From NCBI GenBank assembly GCA_965219685.1, contig CBDCOH010000002.1, forward strand, positions 3,968,001-4,032,000: a stretch of 64,000 bases of DNA, written 5' to 3'. Both the position numbers and the translations under genes were made by a program. This document shows positions 47,736 through 58,124 of this stretch, piece by piece. The notes below the pieces were generated by a model. The model saw nothing but the letters and a program-made list of their open reading frames with translations, did not search any database and was not told where the DNA came from. Each line of letters opens with the position of its first letter. Within the stretch, counting starts at the first letter, position 1. The DNA is from Candidatus Spongiisociaceae bacterium (lineage in GTDB: Bacteria; Actinomycetota; Acidimicrobiia; Spongiisociales; Spongiisociaceae).

Positions 47736-49009
47736 TGGGACTGGGAATCCAGACCCTCGGGGGTCCGGGGTAAGAGCACCGTGACGGTCGTGGATTCCCC
47801 GGGCTCGGACATGGGTGTGATCTCACCTCCGTGCACCCTTACGATCTCGTGGGACAGCGACATTCCCAGCCCGCTGTGCCGGTTGCCCGCCTTGGTGGTG
47901 AAGAACGGGTTGAAGATCCTCGACAGGACTTCCGGGCTCATTCCCGCTCCGTTGTCCCGGACGGTGATGGCGGCGCCATCCTCGGTGCGCCGGGTCTTCA
48001 CCCTCAGCTCCGGTTCGTAGCTGTCACCGGATATGTCGGTCCGCTCGGCCATGGCGTGGCAGGAGTTGGTCACCAGGTTGGTGAAGAGGCGGGCCAGATC
48101 CTCCTCTACGGCGCGAATATCCCCCAGGTCGGGATCGGTGTCGAAAACTATAGTGGCGCTGAAGGCCGGGGTCTGGGCCTGCACCGCTCGATGGGCGAGG
48201 CGTGTCTGTTCCTTGACCAGGCGGTTCAGGTCGACAGCACCGAAGGTTCCGGTGCTTTTCCGTCCCATGGCCAGCATGTCCGAGATGATCCGGTCCGCCC
48301 TGTCCGTGTGTGTGACGATCCGTCCCATGTTCTCGCCTATGTCTCGGGTCAGCTCGTCCAGTACCTCGGGGTCGTTCACCTCCGGTTCGCTCGAAATCTC
48401 CCGGATCTCGTCGACCATGATCTGGGACGAACCGGCGAAGTTCCGGATGAACTGCAGGGGGTTACGGATCTCGTGGGCGACGCCGGCGGACAACTCTCCC
48501 AGTTCGGCCAGCTTCTGCTGGCTGATGATCCGGTCCTGGGCGTTCCTTAACTCGTCCAGAGTGTGTTCCAGGGTGGCGTTCTTCTCCTTCAGTTCGTCCG
48601 AGAGTTCCTGCACCAGATCGAGCTGCATCGCCCGGATGGAACTCTGCCGCAGTGTCTCGAGGGCCTCGCACGACTTCGATATCTCGTCGCGGCCCCGTGG
48701 TTCGATCCTGTATTCGAAGTCACCCATTCCCAGGCGTCGGATCCATGCCTCGATGGCGATGGTCCGGGTCCCGACGAACAGGAGAAGGCCCGTCTTGACC
48801 AGTGTCACCCCAAGAGCTGCTCCGACCAGGATTCGCAGGGTGGTGTCGGCGGTGGACGCAGCCTGGATGTTGATGGCTATCAGAACACCGATGACGACGA
48901 GGACCATCAGCAGGTACTGGACCGAGTAGCGCCTTATCGAGAACCTCGACATACCGAACGGATCGTTGGACTCCTGAGCTTCGTCGCGAATCGGGTTCTG
49001 TCCGGTCAT
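47714..49009 (-). CDS. Sensor histidine kinase (2 TM, HAMP, HisKA, HATPase)
   Basis: AGVAHEIRNPL, NLVTN, DNGAG, FNPFFTTK, GLG. Confidence 0.96.
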   Translation of the reverse strand: MTGQNPIRDEAQESNDPFGMSRFSIRRYSVQYLLMVLVVIGVLIAINIQAASTADTTLRILVGAALGVTLVKTGLLLFVGTRTIAIEAWIRRLGMGDFEYRIEPRGRDEISKSCEALETLRQSSIRAMQLDLVQELSDELKEKNATLEHTLDELRNAQDRIISQQKLAELGELSAGVAHEIRNPLQFIRNFAGSSQIMVDEIREISSEPEVNDPEVLDELTRDIGENMGRIVTHTDRADRIISDMLAMGRKSTGTFGAVDLNRLVKEQTRLAHRAVQAQTPAFSATIVFDTDPDLGDIRAVEEDLARLFTNLVTNSCHAMAERTDISGDSYEPELRVKTRRTEDGAAITVRDNGAGMSPEVLSRIFNPFFTTKAGNRHSGLGMSLSHEIVRVHGGEITPMSEPGESTTVTVLLPRTPEGLDSQSQSVVDSR

Positions 49010-49107
49010 TGGCTGGCCCTCCCGCGCGGCACTGGAGTGATTGTGCCACTTCAGGCGGGTAACGACCCCCGGCAGCAGGCGGACCGTCGAGTAAGCGGGA
49101 ACCCCGA

Positions 49108-49143
49108 CGAAAGAGGCGGCCCGCCGGGCGAGCCGCCTCTCTT
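49108..49143 (-). terminator. Intrinsic terminator-like hairpin
   Basis: AGAGGCGGC / GCCGCCTCT stem followed by TTT on the minus strand, just downstream of the cupin gene. Confidence 0.65.
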
Positions 49144-49163
49144 GTTCTTCGATGGTCGGTGGG

Positions 49164-50075
49164 TCAGCGTCCGTAGCCGTCCCAGGGACCGATGCTGCGG
49201 GAGCGGGTGGGGATACCGGCGATCTCGGGCGCCTGATCGGGGTCGTCCGGGTCGTAGTTGTCGGCGATTCCCTTGACGATCACCTCCGGCTCGAGCGTGA
49301 CCCAGTTGATCAGGTCGCCGTCGAGGCGGAAGATCCAGGTGGTGCCTTCTTCGTTGTCGGCGAGGAACGAACCGTGCTTGACCTTGGCCGGGCGCCAGAA
49401 GTAGACGCCGGGGGAGATCGGGCCGTAGTTGTAGGTCATGCTGCCCGACAGGCAGTAGGCCTCCTCGAACACGGGATGGTGGATGAGCCGCTCGTCGCCC
49501 CATCCCGGCGGTGCGTGGCACACGAAGGTGCGGAAACCCTTGGTCTGGTGGTTGGGGTCCCAGTCGAAGAAGAGGTCCTTCTTCGAGAGGAACTGCTGGG
49601 TGAGGCCCCGCTCCGGCTTGTTCTGGATGAAGTCCATCTTCTCGCTGTGCACGATCGTGAGTTCGCCGGGTTCGGTGGACACGGTGTTCCCGCCCTTGGA
49701 GACGAACTCGCTCCGGTCCCGGTCGTCGACCGAGAAGCCCCAGTCGCCGTACTCGCGGAAGATCAGCACCTCCGTACCGGACTCCACCCGCATGTGCGGG
49801 ACCCTGAGGCCGGCCGGGGCCCGCCAGTAGCCGCCCGGTCCGAAGTCTGTATCGCCCAGGTGTACACGTCCTTCCAGCACGAACCACTCCGTGTCGGCGC
49901 TGTGGTAGCCGCCCGGCCGTCCCCAGTCGGTCTCGAAGAACACCTTGAAGGAGCCTGCCCCGTTCTCCTCGTCGTAGGACAGGTTCTGCTGGCGTGCCCG
50001 GCCCTCACCGCGGGGTAGTTCGGGCGTATGCCATATCAGATCCTGCTCGTGAACCATCTCGACGTGGGAGCGCAT
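49164..50075 (-). CDS. Bicupin protein (DUF4437-like)
   Basis: GYHSADTEWFVLEG and HHPVFEEAYCLSG..YFWRPA.VKHG. Confidence 0.85.
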   Translation of the reverse strand: MRSHVEMVHEQDLIWHTPELPRGEGRARQQNLSYDEENGAGSFKVFFETDWGRPGGYHSADTEWFVLEGRVHLGDTDFGPGGYWRAPAGLRVPHMRVESGTEVLIFREYGDWGFSVDDRDRSEFVSKGGNTVSTEPGELTIVHSEKMDFIQNKPERGLTQQFLSKKDLFFDWDPNHQTKGFRTFVCHAPPGWGDERLIHHPVFEEAYCLSGSMTYNYGPISPGVYFWRPAKVKHGSFLADNEEGTTWIFRLDGDLINWVTLEPEVIVKGIADNYDPDDPDQAPEIAGIPTRSRSIGPWDGYGR

Positions 50076-50172
50076 CCTTCTCTCCTTCTCGCAGCTGTTC
50101 GGTCGAGTTTCGAGCGCGAAAGGGCAGGTGTCAAGCGCGTCCCGAAGAGCCGGTCGGCTACTCTGCGCAGCC

Positions 50173-50535
50173 ATGATGGGAGAGGGGTGCGAAGTGGGGA
50201 TCACCCGACTGAGCGCGCAGATCGAGGGCTTTCTCGACTCGGTGCCGGACAAGGCCGATGTCCGGGCTTTCCTCCGGACGGTCGAACGCATTTCCGACGT
50301 GGCGGTGCCCGTGTACGACGGGCCGACCGAACTTCTCGTCGCCCCGTCGGCGATCATCGGGAACGACGGGTCGCCCATCGTGACCAGCGAAGCCACCCGG
50401 GGTCAGCTCATAGATGCCGCGGCCGGTTTCCGGACCAACGCGCAGAAGCTCGTCGCCGAAGCGGGTCGGGCGATGGCGACCGCGATCACGCTGGAGCAAC
50501 TCGCCGACAGTCTGGCCCCCGGCAGGAGACGCTAG
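50173..50535 (+). CDS. Hypothetical protein
   Basis: Protein-like composition with GC3 bias; start uncertain. Confidence 0.5.
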   Translation: MMGEGCEVGITRLSAQIEGFLDSVPDKADVRAFLRTVERISDVAVPVYDGPTELLVAPSAIIGNDGSPIVTSEATRGQLIDAAAGFRTNAQKLVAEAGRAMATAITLEQLADSLAPGRRR

Positions 50536-50638
50536 ACGAGTAGTTCCAGGCCATCCGACCGGAGGCATCGCCCCGAACAATTTAACCCACCGCTAACTAC
50601 CCGGTCGCCACCTAACACCTAACACCCAACACCCAAAG

Positions 50639-52207
50639 TCAGGTTCCGAGGACGCCCGGGTTCATGATCCCGTTCGGGTCCAGTTGCTGTTTGAGCGTCC
50701 GGATGTAGCCCGAGTAGGCCTCTGATACGTGGCCGGCGAAGTCGTAGTACCGCCCGATCTGGAAGTTGACGCAGCCGTGGTCCTGGTAGAGGTCGGCTAC
50801 CTCGCTCCGGAACTCGGCAGCCACCCGTCGTGCCTCACCGAACCGTCCCCTGCGGCGGGTCACGCCCTTCATGAGCGCCTTCACGGCCATCCCTGTCGGC
50901 ACCTTGCCGAGCATCTTGACGTTGCGGGGATCCAGGACGTACGCCCGGCGCAGAGGGTCCAACTCGTCCGGCCACACGATGTTGGTCTCGAGCAACAACT
51001 GGCCCTTGACCGCGCACATCAGGTGGTAGCTGTAGACGTGTTCCCGCTCGAAGGCGTCGGCGTATCCCTCGGCCAGATCGTCGACCTTGTCCATGAGTTC
51101 CTCTGCGGCGGAGAACGGCACGACTCCATGAACCGGCGCCCACACCTCCCCGTTGGTGGTCACCAGGGAAGCGGTGATGCCGCCCACGAAACCCATGAAC
51201 GGTTCGTCCCGCCACTTGCCGGCGAGTTCACCGGCCAGTTCCCGGCCGCCGTGGTCCCCGACGATGGAGCGGATTGCGCCGGCGTTGGCTGATATCACGT
51301 CGGCGCTCGGGCCCTCGGTCGATGCGTGCAGTACTTCGGTGGCGCCTGCGAGGAAGCCGTACCCCGCTTTGATGAGCCCGTCCAGACGCTTGCTCGACAG
51401 GTAGAAGACCTCCGACGCCAGGCGCGACCGCGCTATTGCGGACATGGCCGAGAGGAGTCCGGTGAGGGAGGGGAAGTCGAAGCTCATGGACTCGTGACCG
51501 TGGGGCTGCGCCATCAGTTCGAAGCTGGCTTCGGTCTTGATCCCGAAAGCCCCGGAGTCGCCGACGAACATCCCCGTGAGGTCGGGTCCGTAGTAGCGGA
51601 AGTGCTTCCATCCGTCGACGTGGGCGCCCGAGCCGGTCCTGATCACGTCTCCGGTGGGCGTGACCACCTCCAGGCCGAGGAGGGTGTCCCCGACGGTTCC
51701 GTACTTGCCGGACCCGTACCAGACCACGTTGTTGGATATGCACCCTCCGAGGGTCGACCCCTCGCCGGACAGGGGTCCCCAGAAGACCATCCGGAGTCCT
51801 CTCTGCGTGAGGGTGGCGTTGAGGTCCTTCCAGGTGCAGCCGGTCTGGGCGGTTATCGACATGGCGTCGAGGTCGATCTCCCGGACCGCGTTCATGCGGG
51901 ACGTGTCGAGCAGGATCCCGCCCTGTTCGATGGGCGTGTAGCCGAGCGTGTAGGACAACCCACCGCCTCGCGGATAGACGGGTGTTGCGTGCTCGTTTGC
52001 GAGGCGGACGACGGCTGCCACCTCCTCGGTCGTGGCGGGCTGCACGACGAAGTCGGCCGGGGCCACCTCGGTCTGGCTGAGGTCGGTACCGTAGTAAGCC
52101 AGGTCCCGCTTGGTGGTGGAGACGTGTCGGCCACCTACCGCATCCCTGAGGTCTCGCTTCAGCTGTTCCACGATGACCACCTCCGAACCAGGCTCAGCAT
52201 GTTCCAC
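50639..52207 (-). CDS. FAD-linked oxidase (VAO/PCMH/GlcD family)
   Basis: PRGGGLSYTLG, TLGG, GLEVVTPTG.VIRTG, GDSGAFGIKT, DPNGIMNPG. Confidence 0.95.
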   Translation of the reverse strand: MEHAEPGSEVVIVEQLKRDLRDAVGGRHVSTTKRDLAYYGTDLSQTEVAPADFVVQPATTEEVAAVVRLANEHATPVYPRGGGLSYTLGYTPIEQGGILLDTSRMNAVREIDLDAMSITAQTGCTWKDLNATLTQRGLRMVFWGPLSGEGSTLGGCISNNVVWYGSGKYGTVGDTLLGLEVVTPTGDVIRTGSGAHVDGWKHFRYYGPDLTGMFVGDSGAFGIKTEASFELMAQPHGHESMSFDFPSLTGLLSAMSAIARSRLASEVFYLSSKRLDGLIKAGYGFLAGATEVLHASTEGPSADVISANAGAIRSIVGDHGGRELAGELAGKWRDEPFMGFVGGITASLVTTNGEVWAPVHGVVPFSAAEELMDKVDDLAEGYADAFEREHVYSYHLMCAVKGQLLLETNIVWPDELDPLRRAYVLDPRNVKMLGKVPTGMAVKALMKGVTRRRGRFGEARRVAAEFRSEVADLYQDHGCVNFQIGRYYDFAGHVSEAYSGYIRTLKQQLDPNGIMNPGVLGT

Positions 52208-52240
52208 ACTACCGCCGAGCGGTGGCTGGTGGGTCCTTGG

Positions 52241-52347
52241 CTCGGACTCCTCGCAGCCACTTTCCGCGAAGAGCCCACCTCGGCCTAAGGGCGAGATACA
52301 ACGGTGCGATGGAGGATGGAAGATAATCCAATCTTATGGTAACCACG
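52241..52347 (+). repeat. Dispersed ~110-bp repeat, inverted copy of 59031-59138
   Basis: Core ATGGAGGATGG.A.AT.ATCC.ATCT.A.G.TAACC, 29/36 identical by hand alignment. Confidence 0.7.
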
Positions 52348-52370
52348 ACTAGCAACTAGCAACTGGTGGG

Positions 52371-53297
52371 TCACGCGCCGAGTATCTCGAGTGCCTCGGC
52401 CATGAGGGGCTCGTCCCAGGCTCCGATGGACTGGACGTAGAAGCGGGTTACGCCGGCAGCGGCCAGCAGCGCCATCTGGTCGGCGACCTGGTTGGGCGTT
52501 CCGTGTGGCAGCAGGCACTCGGCGAAGCTGGCCTCCAGATCGTCGGCATCCATCTTGCGGTAGGCGGCGCCCGCCTCAAGTCGTCTCCGGTAGGTGACCT
52601 CGTCGGAGGCGACGATGACCGGTCCCAGGGCGCTGATCCGCAGGGCTCCGGGCGGCCGTCCCGCTGCGGCGGCGGCCGCGCGGGCCCGCTCGATCCGGGC
52701 CTCCAAGTCATCGATCGGGGCGAGGAGTGCCAGGTTGTACTCGTCCGCGTAGGCCCCTGCAAGGCGCGGCGACCGGTGGGGACCGAACCCTCCCACCATG
52801 AGGGGGAGATCCCCGGTGGGAGGCGGTTCGACCGGCTTGGCGTCCAGGTAGTAGTGCCTCCCGGAGAATCCGGGCCGGGCCTTGCCGAACGCGGCCCTCA
52901 GGTAGCCGAGCGCCTCCTCCAGCCTCTCCCAGCGCTCCGGCCATGGCGGGTAGGGAATGCCGAACCTGCGGTGCTCCTCCTCCAGCCACCCGGTACCGAG
53001 GCCCAGCGTGAAGCGGCCTCTGGACATGTGGTCGATGGTCATCGACTGCTTGGCGAGAACGGCGGGATGGCGGAACGTGATGGGGCTCACGAGAACCACC
53101 AGTTCGATCCGCTCGGTCTCGCGAGCCAGCCCGGCGAGGATGGCCAGCGTGTCGTAAAGACCTGCGTTCTGGCCCGACAAGGTATGGACCAGGTAGTGGT
53201 CGGCCCGGGCGAAGGCCACCAGCCCCTGCCGCTCCGCCCACTTGGCGGCCCGCATCGCCAGGTCGTAGTCGCCGCCAACCTGTATCCCGAATTCCAT
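52371..53297 (-). CDS. LLM-class (probably F420-dependent) oxidoreductase
   Basis: ADHY, LVSPITFRHPAVLAK...TIDHMSRGRFTLGLGTGW...EH. Confidence 0.94.
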   Translation of the reverse strand: MEFGIQVGGDYDLAMRAAKWAERQGLVAFARADHYLVHTLSGQNAGLYDTLAILAGLARETERIELVVLVSPITFRHPAVLAKQSMTIDHMSRGRFTLGLGTGWLEEEHRRFGIPYPPWPERWERLEEALGYLRAAFGKARPGFSGRHYYLDAKPVEPPPTGDLPLMVGGFGPHRSPRLAGAYADEYNLALLAPIDDLEARIERARAAAAAAGRPPGALRISALGPVIVASDEVTYRRRLEAGAAYRKMDADDLEASFAECLLPHGTPNQVADQMALLAAAGVTRFYVQSIGAWDEPLMAEALEILGA

Positions 53298-53341
53298 CCA
53301 ACCTCCCGAACGACATGGGCGCGTACGTGCTGATCCTAGGG

Positions 53342-53466
53342 TGGTGAGTGGTGAGTGGTGAGTGGTGGATGGTGAGTGGTGAGTGGTGAGTGGTGGATGG
53401 TGAGTGGTTTGGGATGGTGGATGGGTTGGATGGTGGATGGTGAATGGTGAATGGTGAATGGTGAAT
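53342..53466 (+). repeat. Long heptamer array (GTGAGTG/GTGGATG/GTGAATG), about 17 units
   Basis: Direct reading. Confidence 0.96.
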
Positions 53467-53606
53467 AACTCTGGAGGGTACTCGAAGGCCGGGCTAGGTC
53501 CTTGTCACGATGAGCCAGGTGTGGTAGCCGTTTACGGCAACCGGCTGTTATCGGCCTCCTACAATCGCCGGGGACTTCTCGTGACGGACCGGCCTGGGGA
53601 GACGAC

Positions 53607-54476
53607 TTGGCGCACAGTGGAGAACAGCCTGCATCGGCGTCCTCGCCGGTGATCGACACGTCGGTGAACTTCCGGCCCTCGACCCGGCTGGGCCGTTACG
53701 ACTACTTCGGGATGGACAGTTCGGTGGGCGGCGGGAGTGCCGACTTCTTCTTGGAGATGATGGAGGAGGGCGGGGTCGACATGGCCGGCATCATCGCCAA
53801 CCGGGTGGCGGACGGTGTCGGGGGCGAGGAGATGGGCAACCACGTCGATCTGGTGGCGCCGTTGCTCGAATCCCACCCGGACCGCTTCTTCGGCTGGGTG
53901 GGCATCAATCCGCTCCTGGGCATGGAGACCATCCGTTACGTCCGCTACGGCATCGAGACCCTGGGCTTCGCCGGTGTCCATGTGTACCCGCACTGGTTCG
54001 GTCTCGACATCAACCACCGCCGCTACTACCCGATCTACTCGGTCTGTTCGGAACTCGGCGTCCCGATCGCCATGCAGATCGGTAGCCAGTCGATGCGGTC
54101 GGGGGCGAAGCTGGTGGCCCTCCCGACGATGGTCGACGACGTGGCCTTCGACTTCCCCGAGCTGACGTTCGTGGCCATCCACAATGGTTGGCCCTACGAG
54201 CGGGAGACGGTCATGCTGGCGAAGAACTTCGAGAACGTGTTCATCCTGGCGGACGGGCACCCTCCTAGCACCTGGCCGCCGGACATCCTCGATTACATCA
54301 AAGATGCTCAATGGTGGAACCGCGACGGATCCGAGAAGGTGATGTGGGGTACCGACTGGCCGGTGCAGACGATGAAGGAGTCGCTCGACGAGGTGCGCGC
54401 CCTCGGGCTCTCGGACGACGGGTACGCGAAGCTCGTCGGCGGCAACGCGGCCAGGATCCTCGAGCTGGGGAAGTAG
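53607..54476 (+). CDS. Amidohydrolase-2 family protein
   Basis: HPDRF.G, YYPIY..C.ELGVP, DDVAFDFPELTFVAIHNGWP, KVMWGTDWP, GGNAARIL. Confidence 0.93.
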   Translation: MAHSGEQPASASSPVIDTSVNFRPSTRLGRYDYFGMDSSVGGGSADFFLEMMEEGGVDMAGIIANRVADGVGGEEMGNHVDLVAPLLESHPDRFFGWVGINPLLGMETIRYVRYGIETLGFAGVHVYPHWFGLDINHRRYYPIYSVCSELGVPIAMQIGSQSMRSGAKLVALPTMVDDVAFDFPELTFVAIHNGWPYERETVMLAKNFENVFILADGHPPSTWPPDILDYIKDAQWWNRDGSEKVMWGTDWPVQTMKESLDEVRALGLSDDGYAKLVGGNAARILELGK

Positions 54477-54478
54477 CA

Positions 54479-55258
54479 GTGGATCTGGGGCTCGACGGCC
54501 GGGTGGTGGCGGTGGCGGGCGCCGGGGTGGGTATCGGTCGCGCGGTCGCGCTCGAGATCGCCCGTGAAGGTGGCGCCCTCGCCGTCGGCGCGCGCGACTC
54601 CGATGCCATCGCCCGTACGGCCGAGCGGGCTCGCGCCATCGGAGCGACTGCAGTCGGCGTGGTCGGTGATCTTGCCACCACGCTAGGGTTGGCGGAGCTC
54701 ATCGGGATGGCCGTGGGGACGCATGGGAGACTCGATGGTCTGGTCTGTTGTGTCGGCTCGACCCCGCTGGGTGACCTCTCCGAACTGACAGACCGCGAGT
54801 GGCGGATGGCCTTCGAGATGAAGGTGCTGGCCACAGTCAGGGCCGTCAGGACGGCGCGGCCCTATCTGGCCGAAGGCGGTGGCGGACGGGTGGTGGTGGT
54901 GACCGGTAACGCGTCCCGTACCCGCTTCCCCTACCTGCTGACCTCCACCGTCATGAACGCCGGGCTGGAGAGCCTCGTGTCGTCACTCGCCGTCCAACTC
55001 TCCGCGGACGGCATCGCCATCAACGCCGTATCGCCGGGTCCGGTCAATACCAGGCGATACGAGGGGCTGCAGGAGGCTGTGGCAGCGCATGAGGGGTTGG
55101 ACTCGCCCTCTGCCCGCCGGCACATCGAGAAATCCATACCGGCCGGACGGATTGCCGAACCAGGCGAGGTAGCCCGCCTGGTCACGTACCTGGTATCCCC
55201 GGCCTCCGCCCCCATAACGGGGGCCACCTACGTGCTCGACGGGGGCCAGAGCGGTTGA
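54479..55258 (+). CDS. SDR oxidoreductase (atypical active site SxxxN)
   Basis: AGAGVGIG, GRLDGLV, NAVSPG, DGG. Confidence 0.9.
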   Translation: MDLGLDGRVVAVAGAGVGIGRAVALEIAREGGALAVGARDSDAIARTAERARAIGATAVGVVGDLATTLGLAELIGMAVGTHGRLDGLVCCVGSTPLGDLSELTDREWRMAFEMKVLATVRAVRTARPYLAEGGGGRVVVVTGNASRTRFPYLLTSTVMNAGLESLVSSLAVQLSADGIAINAVSPGPVNTRRYEGLQEAVAAHEGLDSPSARRHIEKSIPAGRIAEPGEVARLVTYLVSPASAPITGATYVLDGGQSG

Positions 55259-55383
55259 AGCTCTGTGGAGCAGTGACCGGGCGCGTGTAGTTCTACGCAG
55301 ACGCCTACCTGGCGATGGAGTCTTGACTCCGAGACACTGGGACTCTTCGGCCGGATGTGGGGTGGAAACGCCCGCCGGGGGAG

Positions 55384-55593
55384 TCACGGGAGCCGGGACA
55401 GGATGATGGACACGGCAGCGGCCAGCCCGCCAACGACAACGCCGGCAAGACCTACGAGGAGACCTGCAAGCCACTTGGTCTGGCGGAAGATGGCGCCTTC
55501 GACTCCCCGCAAGGCCTCGGAAAGGTCGTTTCGCACCTCTGCCTGACGTTCTTTGTCCTTCGCATCCACCATAGACTCGGTGACGATCACCAT
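55384..55593 (-). CDS. 69-aa coiled-coil plus C-terminal TM protein (third paralogue)
   Basis: VTESMVDAKD matches VTESLVDAKD of 28818-29018. Confidence 0.75.
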   Translation of the reverse strand: MVIVTESMVDAKDKERQAEVRNDLSEALRGVEGAIFRQTKWLAGLLVGLAGVVVGGLAAAVSIILSRLP

Positions 55594-55708
55594 AGCCCAC
55601 CCCCGCTGTCATCGATTCAGATCGTGTAATAATCCAGTATACGACAGTTAACGTTAGATATCCATCCGAAGGTCTTCCCATCAGTTTGTGGCGCCGTTGC
55701 CACCCCGC

Positions 55709-57250
55709 TCAGGAGGAGAAGCGCTCCCGCAGGTCGCGTTTGAGCACCTTCATGCCGGCGTTGCGCGGGAGCACGTCGACGGTCTCGTAGCGACGGGGGA
55801 CCTTGTAGCGGGCCAGTTGCGAGCGGCACAGCTCGTCGAGTTCGTCCATCGGAAGCGGCCGCCCGCCTCTCGTGACGACCACCGCGGTCACCTGTTCGCC
55901 CCACCTTTCCGACGGCAGCCCGATGACGGCGACGTCCTGCACGGACGGATGCCTCACCAGGACCTCCTCGACATCGCGGGGATAGATATTGGCGCCGCCC
56001 GAGATGATCAGGTCTTTCTTCCGGTCGACGATGTAGTGGTAGTTCTCGTCGTCGACCATGGCCAGGTCGCCGGCCGAGAAGAAGCCGTCGTCGGTGGTCG
56101 ACTCGGCCGTGGCCACAGGGTTCTTGTAGTACCCGTTCATCAGGTACGGGGACTTCGAGAACAACTCGCCGATCTCGCCGGGCTGCACGCGGTTGCCATC
56201 GTCGTCGACGACCCTCACCTCGGTCATGAACCAGGCCGGTCCCACGCAACGTTCCTTTCGCATGATGTCCGGCGGGCGCAGGTTGGTGACGATGGCCGCC
56301 TCGGTCGACCCGTACAGCTCGTGGAGGCCGACATGGGGGAACATCCCGTGCACCCATTCCTTGAGGGACTGGGGGAGAGGGGCGGCGTTGAAGTAGATGA
56401 CCTCCAGCGAGGAGACATCGAAACTGCGGATGCAGTCCTCGCCGAGGGAGCGCACCAGGACGGCGTGGGTGGGTACGAGAAACACCGTGTGGGGCCGGTC
56501 CCTCTCGATCATCGCGAGCAGGCCGTCGGGGCTGAAGGCTCTCAGCATCGAGACCGTCCCGCCTGTGTGGACCGCGGCGTAAGCGAACGCGAACCCGGCT
56601 CCGTGGTACATGGGGGCCACGGCGATGGTCCTCCTGCCCGGCCCGAGACCCCACTCGAGGGCGGTGGCGTAGAAGGTGAGCGTCCTGGAGCGGTGGCTGA
56701 TGACCACACCCTTGGGGTTGCCGGTCGTGCCGGACGTGTACGCGATGGCGAACGGGTCCGTCTCCGCCACCCGGATGCGGGGGTCGGCGCTCCTTGCACC
56801 CTCCAGTGCGGCCTCGTAGCCGGCTCCTGCCTCGTCACCTCCGATGGACAGCACGATCGCCGGCTCGCGGGACTCGATGGCCGCGCCGGCGCTCGGGGCG
56901 AGAGAGTCGTCGAGGATGAGGGCCCGGGCATCCGAATGGTCGAAGATGAAGTCGATCTCGGGAGCGGGGGACTTGGGGTTGAGCGGGATCATCACCATGC
57001 CGGCCTTGGCGATGCCGGCGGCGACCTCGCAGTACTCGAGCCGGTTACCGCTCAGGAACCCGATGTGGTCACCCGGTTGCAGACCGGCGGCGAGGAGGAC
57101 GTTGGCTACCCGGTTGGAACGGTCGTCGAGTTCGGCGTAGGTCTGCGTGCGGGCACCGTCGATCACCGCCGTCGCGCCCGGAGTGGCGATCGCGAACTCG
57201 CGTATGCCGTTGGCGATGTTGAGGTCCGCACCTCGTGGAAGGATTGCCAT
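55709..57250 (-). CDS. Acyl-CoA synthetase / class I adenylate-forming enzyme
   Basis: YTSGTTGNPKG, YGSTE, GDL, DRKKDLIISGG. Confidence 0.96.
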   Translation of the reverse strand: MAILPRGADLNIANGIREFAIATPGATAVIDGARTQTYAELDDRSNRVANVLLAAGLQPGDHIGFLSGNRLEYCEVAAGIAKAGMVMIPLNPKSPAPEIDFIFDHSDARALILDDSLAPSAGAAIESREPAIVLSIGGDEAGAGYEAALEGARSADPRIRVAETDPFAIAYTSGTTGNPKGVVISHRSRTLTFYATALEWGLGPGRRTIAVAPMYHGAGFAFAYAAVHTGGTVSMLRAFSPDGLLAMIERDRPHTVFLVPTHAVLVRSLGEDCIRSFDVSSLEVIYFNAAPLPQSLKEWVHGMFPHVGLHELYGSTEAAIVTNLRPPDIMRKERCVGPAWFMTEVRVVDDDGNRVQPGEIGELFSKSPYLMNGYYKNPVATAESTTDDGFFSAGDLAMVDDENYHYIVDRKKDLIISGGANIYPRDVEEVLVRHPSVQDVAVIGLPSERWGEQVTAVVVTRGGRPLPMDELDELCRSQLARYKVPRRYETVDVLPRNAGMKVLKRDLRERFSS

Positions 57251-57334
57251 GTCACCTCACAGCTGTCGACAGGAGACTAGTGACACCCTGTTCCTCCCCC
57301 CATGGCGAGACGGGCCCAGCGGGAACGCACGCCC

Positions 57335-58096
57335 TCACCGGGGCGGGAGTTCGTAACCGTCCACGGGGTCATAGGTGTTGCCGATGGGTCCTCGCACGAT
57401 CACGAAGAACAGGCAGCCGTCGTCCGAGTGCATGGGTCCGTGCACGTCCTCCGGGGGATGGGCCAGGTAGGCGCCCTTGGTCATCTTCCCGAAGGTCGTG
57501 TCGATGGTCCCCTCCAGGATGTAGACCTCCTCCGAGAACGTGTGCCACTCGGTGAACGGGCTGATCCACTGCGGTAACAGGCCGTTTATGGAGGCGCCCT
57601 GCTGGGCCTCGGGGTCGTTGCGGAGCGGCTTGCGGGCCGCGCCTCCGGGGAAGTCGTCGAAGCGCGGGGACTCCCAGGTCACGGCCAGGCAGTCAACGAG
57701 CGGGACCGACCGCTCGGGCCGGAACATCGGGCCCGGCTCGTCCGAAGGGTTCCACTGCGGGGTCCCCGTGAACGAAGCGAAGACCAGCGCGCCGTCGGTG
57801 GTGCGCAGCGGCTCCCGTAGCTTCCCGGCCGGATGGAATGCGTAGCACCAAGGGCCGTAGGTGAGGTCGCCCCACGTCATCTCACCCTCCAGATAGAAGA
57901 TGTCCTCGTCCGACTCGTTGTAGCCGGTCTCCTGCCGCTCGAAGCCTGGAGGGAACTCGACGATCGCCGTGACGCCCCCGGTATCGGGATCGCGGCTGAG
58001 GGGTTTCATCCTGGTGGGCATATTCCCGCCTGGCAGGGCGAGTTCCATCCAGTCGATGTCGTCGACGTGGATGAAGTCGATGTGTGGGCGGGTCAT
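57335..58096 (-). CDS. Bicupin protein (DUF4437-like)
   Basis: RPHIDFIH; EDIFYLEG; EWHTFSEEVYILEG..HPP.DVHGP; paralogue of 49164-50075. Confidence 0.85.
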   Translation of the reverse strand: MTRPHIDFIHVDDIDWMELALPGGNMPTRMKPLSRDPDTGGVTAIVEFPPGFERQETGYNESDEDIFYLEGEMTWGDLTYGPWCYAFHPAGKLREPLRTTDGALVFASFTGTPQWNPSDEPGPMFRPERSVPLVDCLAVTWESPRFDDFPGGAARKPLRNDPEAQQGASINGLLPQWISPFTEWHTFSEEVYILEGTIDTTFGKMTKGAYLAHPPEDVHGPMHSDDGCLFFVIVRGPIGNTYDPVDGYELPPR

Positions 58097-58124
58097 GCGA
58101 GTTCCTTTCTGGATCGGGTACTGG

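Noticed and set aside
50533-50549. 17-bp match CTAGACGAGTAGTTCCA to the minus strand near 59228-59244 as evidence of a split element
   Set aside because: A single 17-mer match is not clearly above chance and the flanks do not align
53342-53466. Heptamer arrays as CRISPR arrays
   Set aside because: Units are 7 nt and contiguous, with no unique spacers and no cas genes
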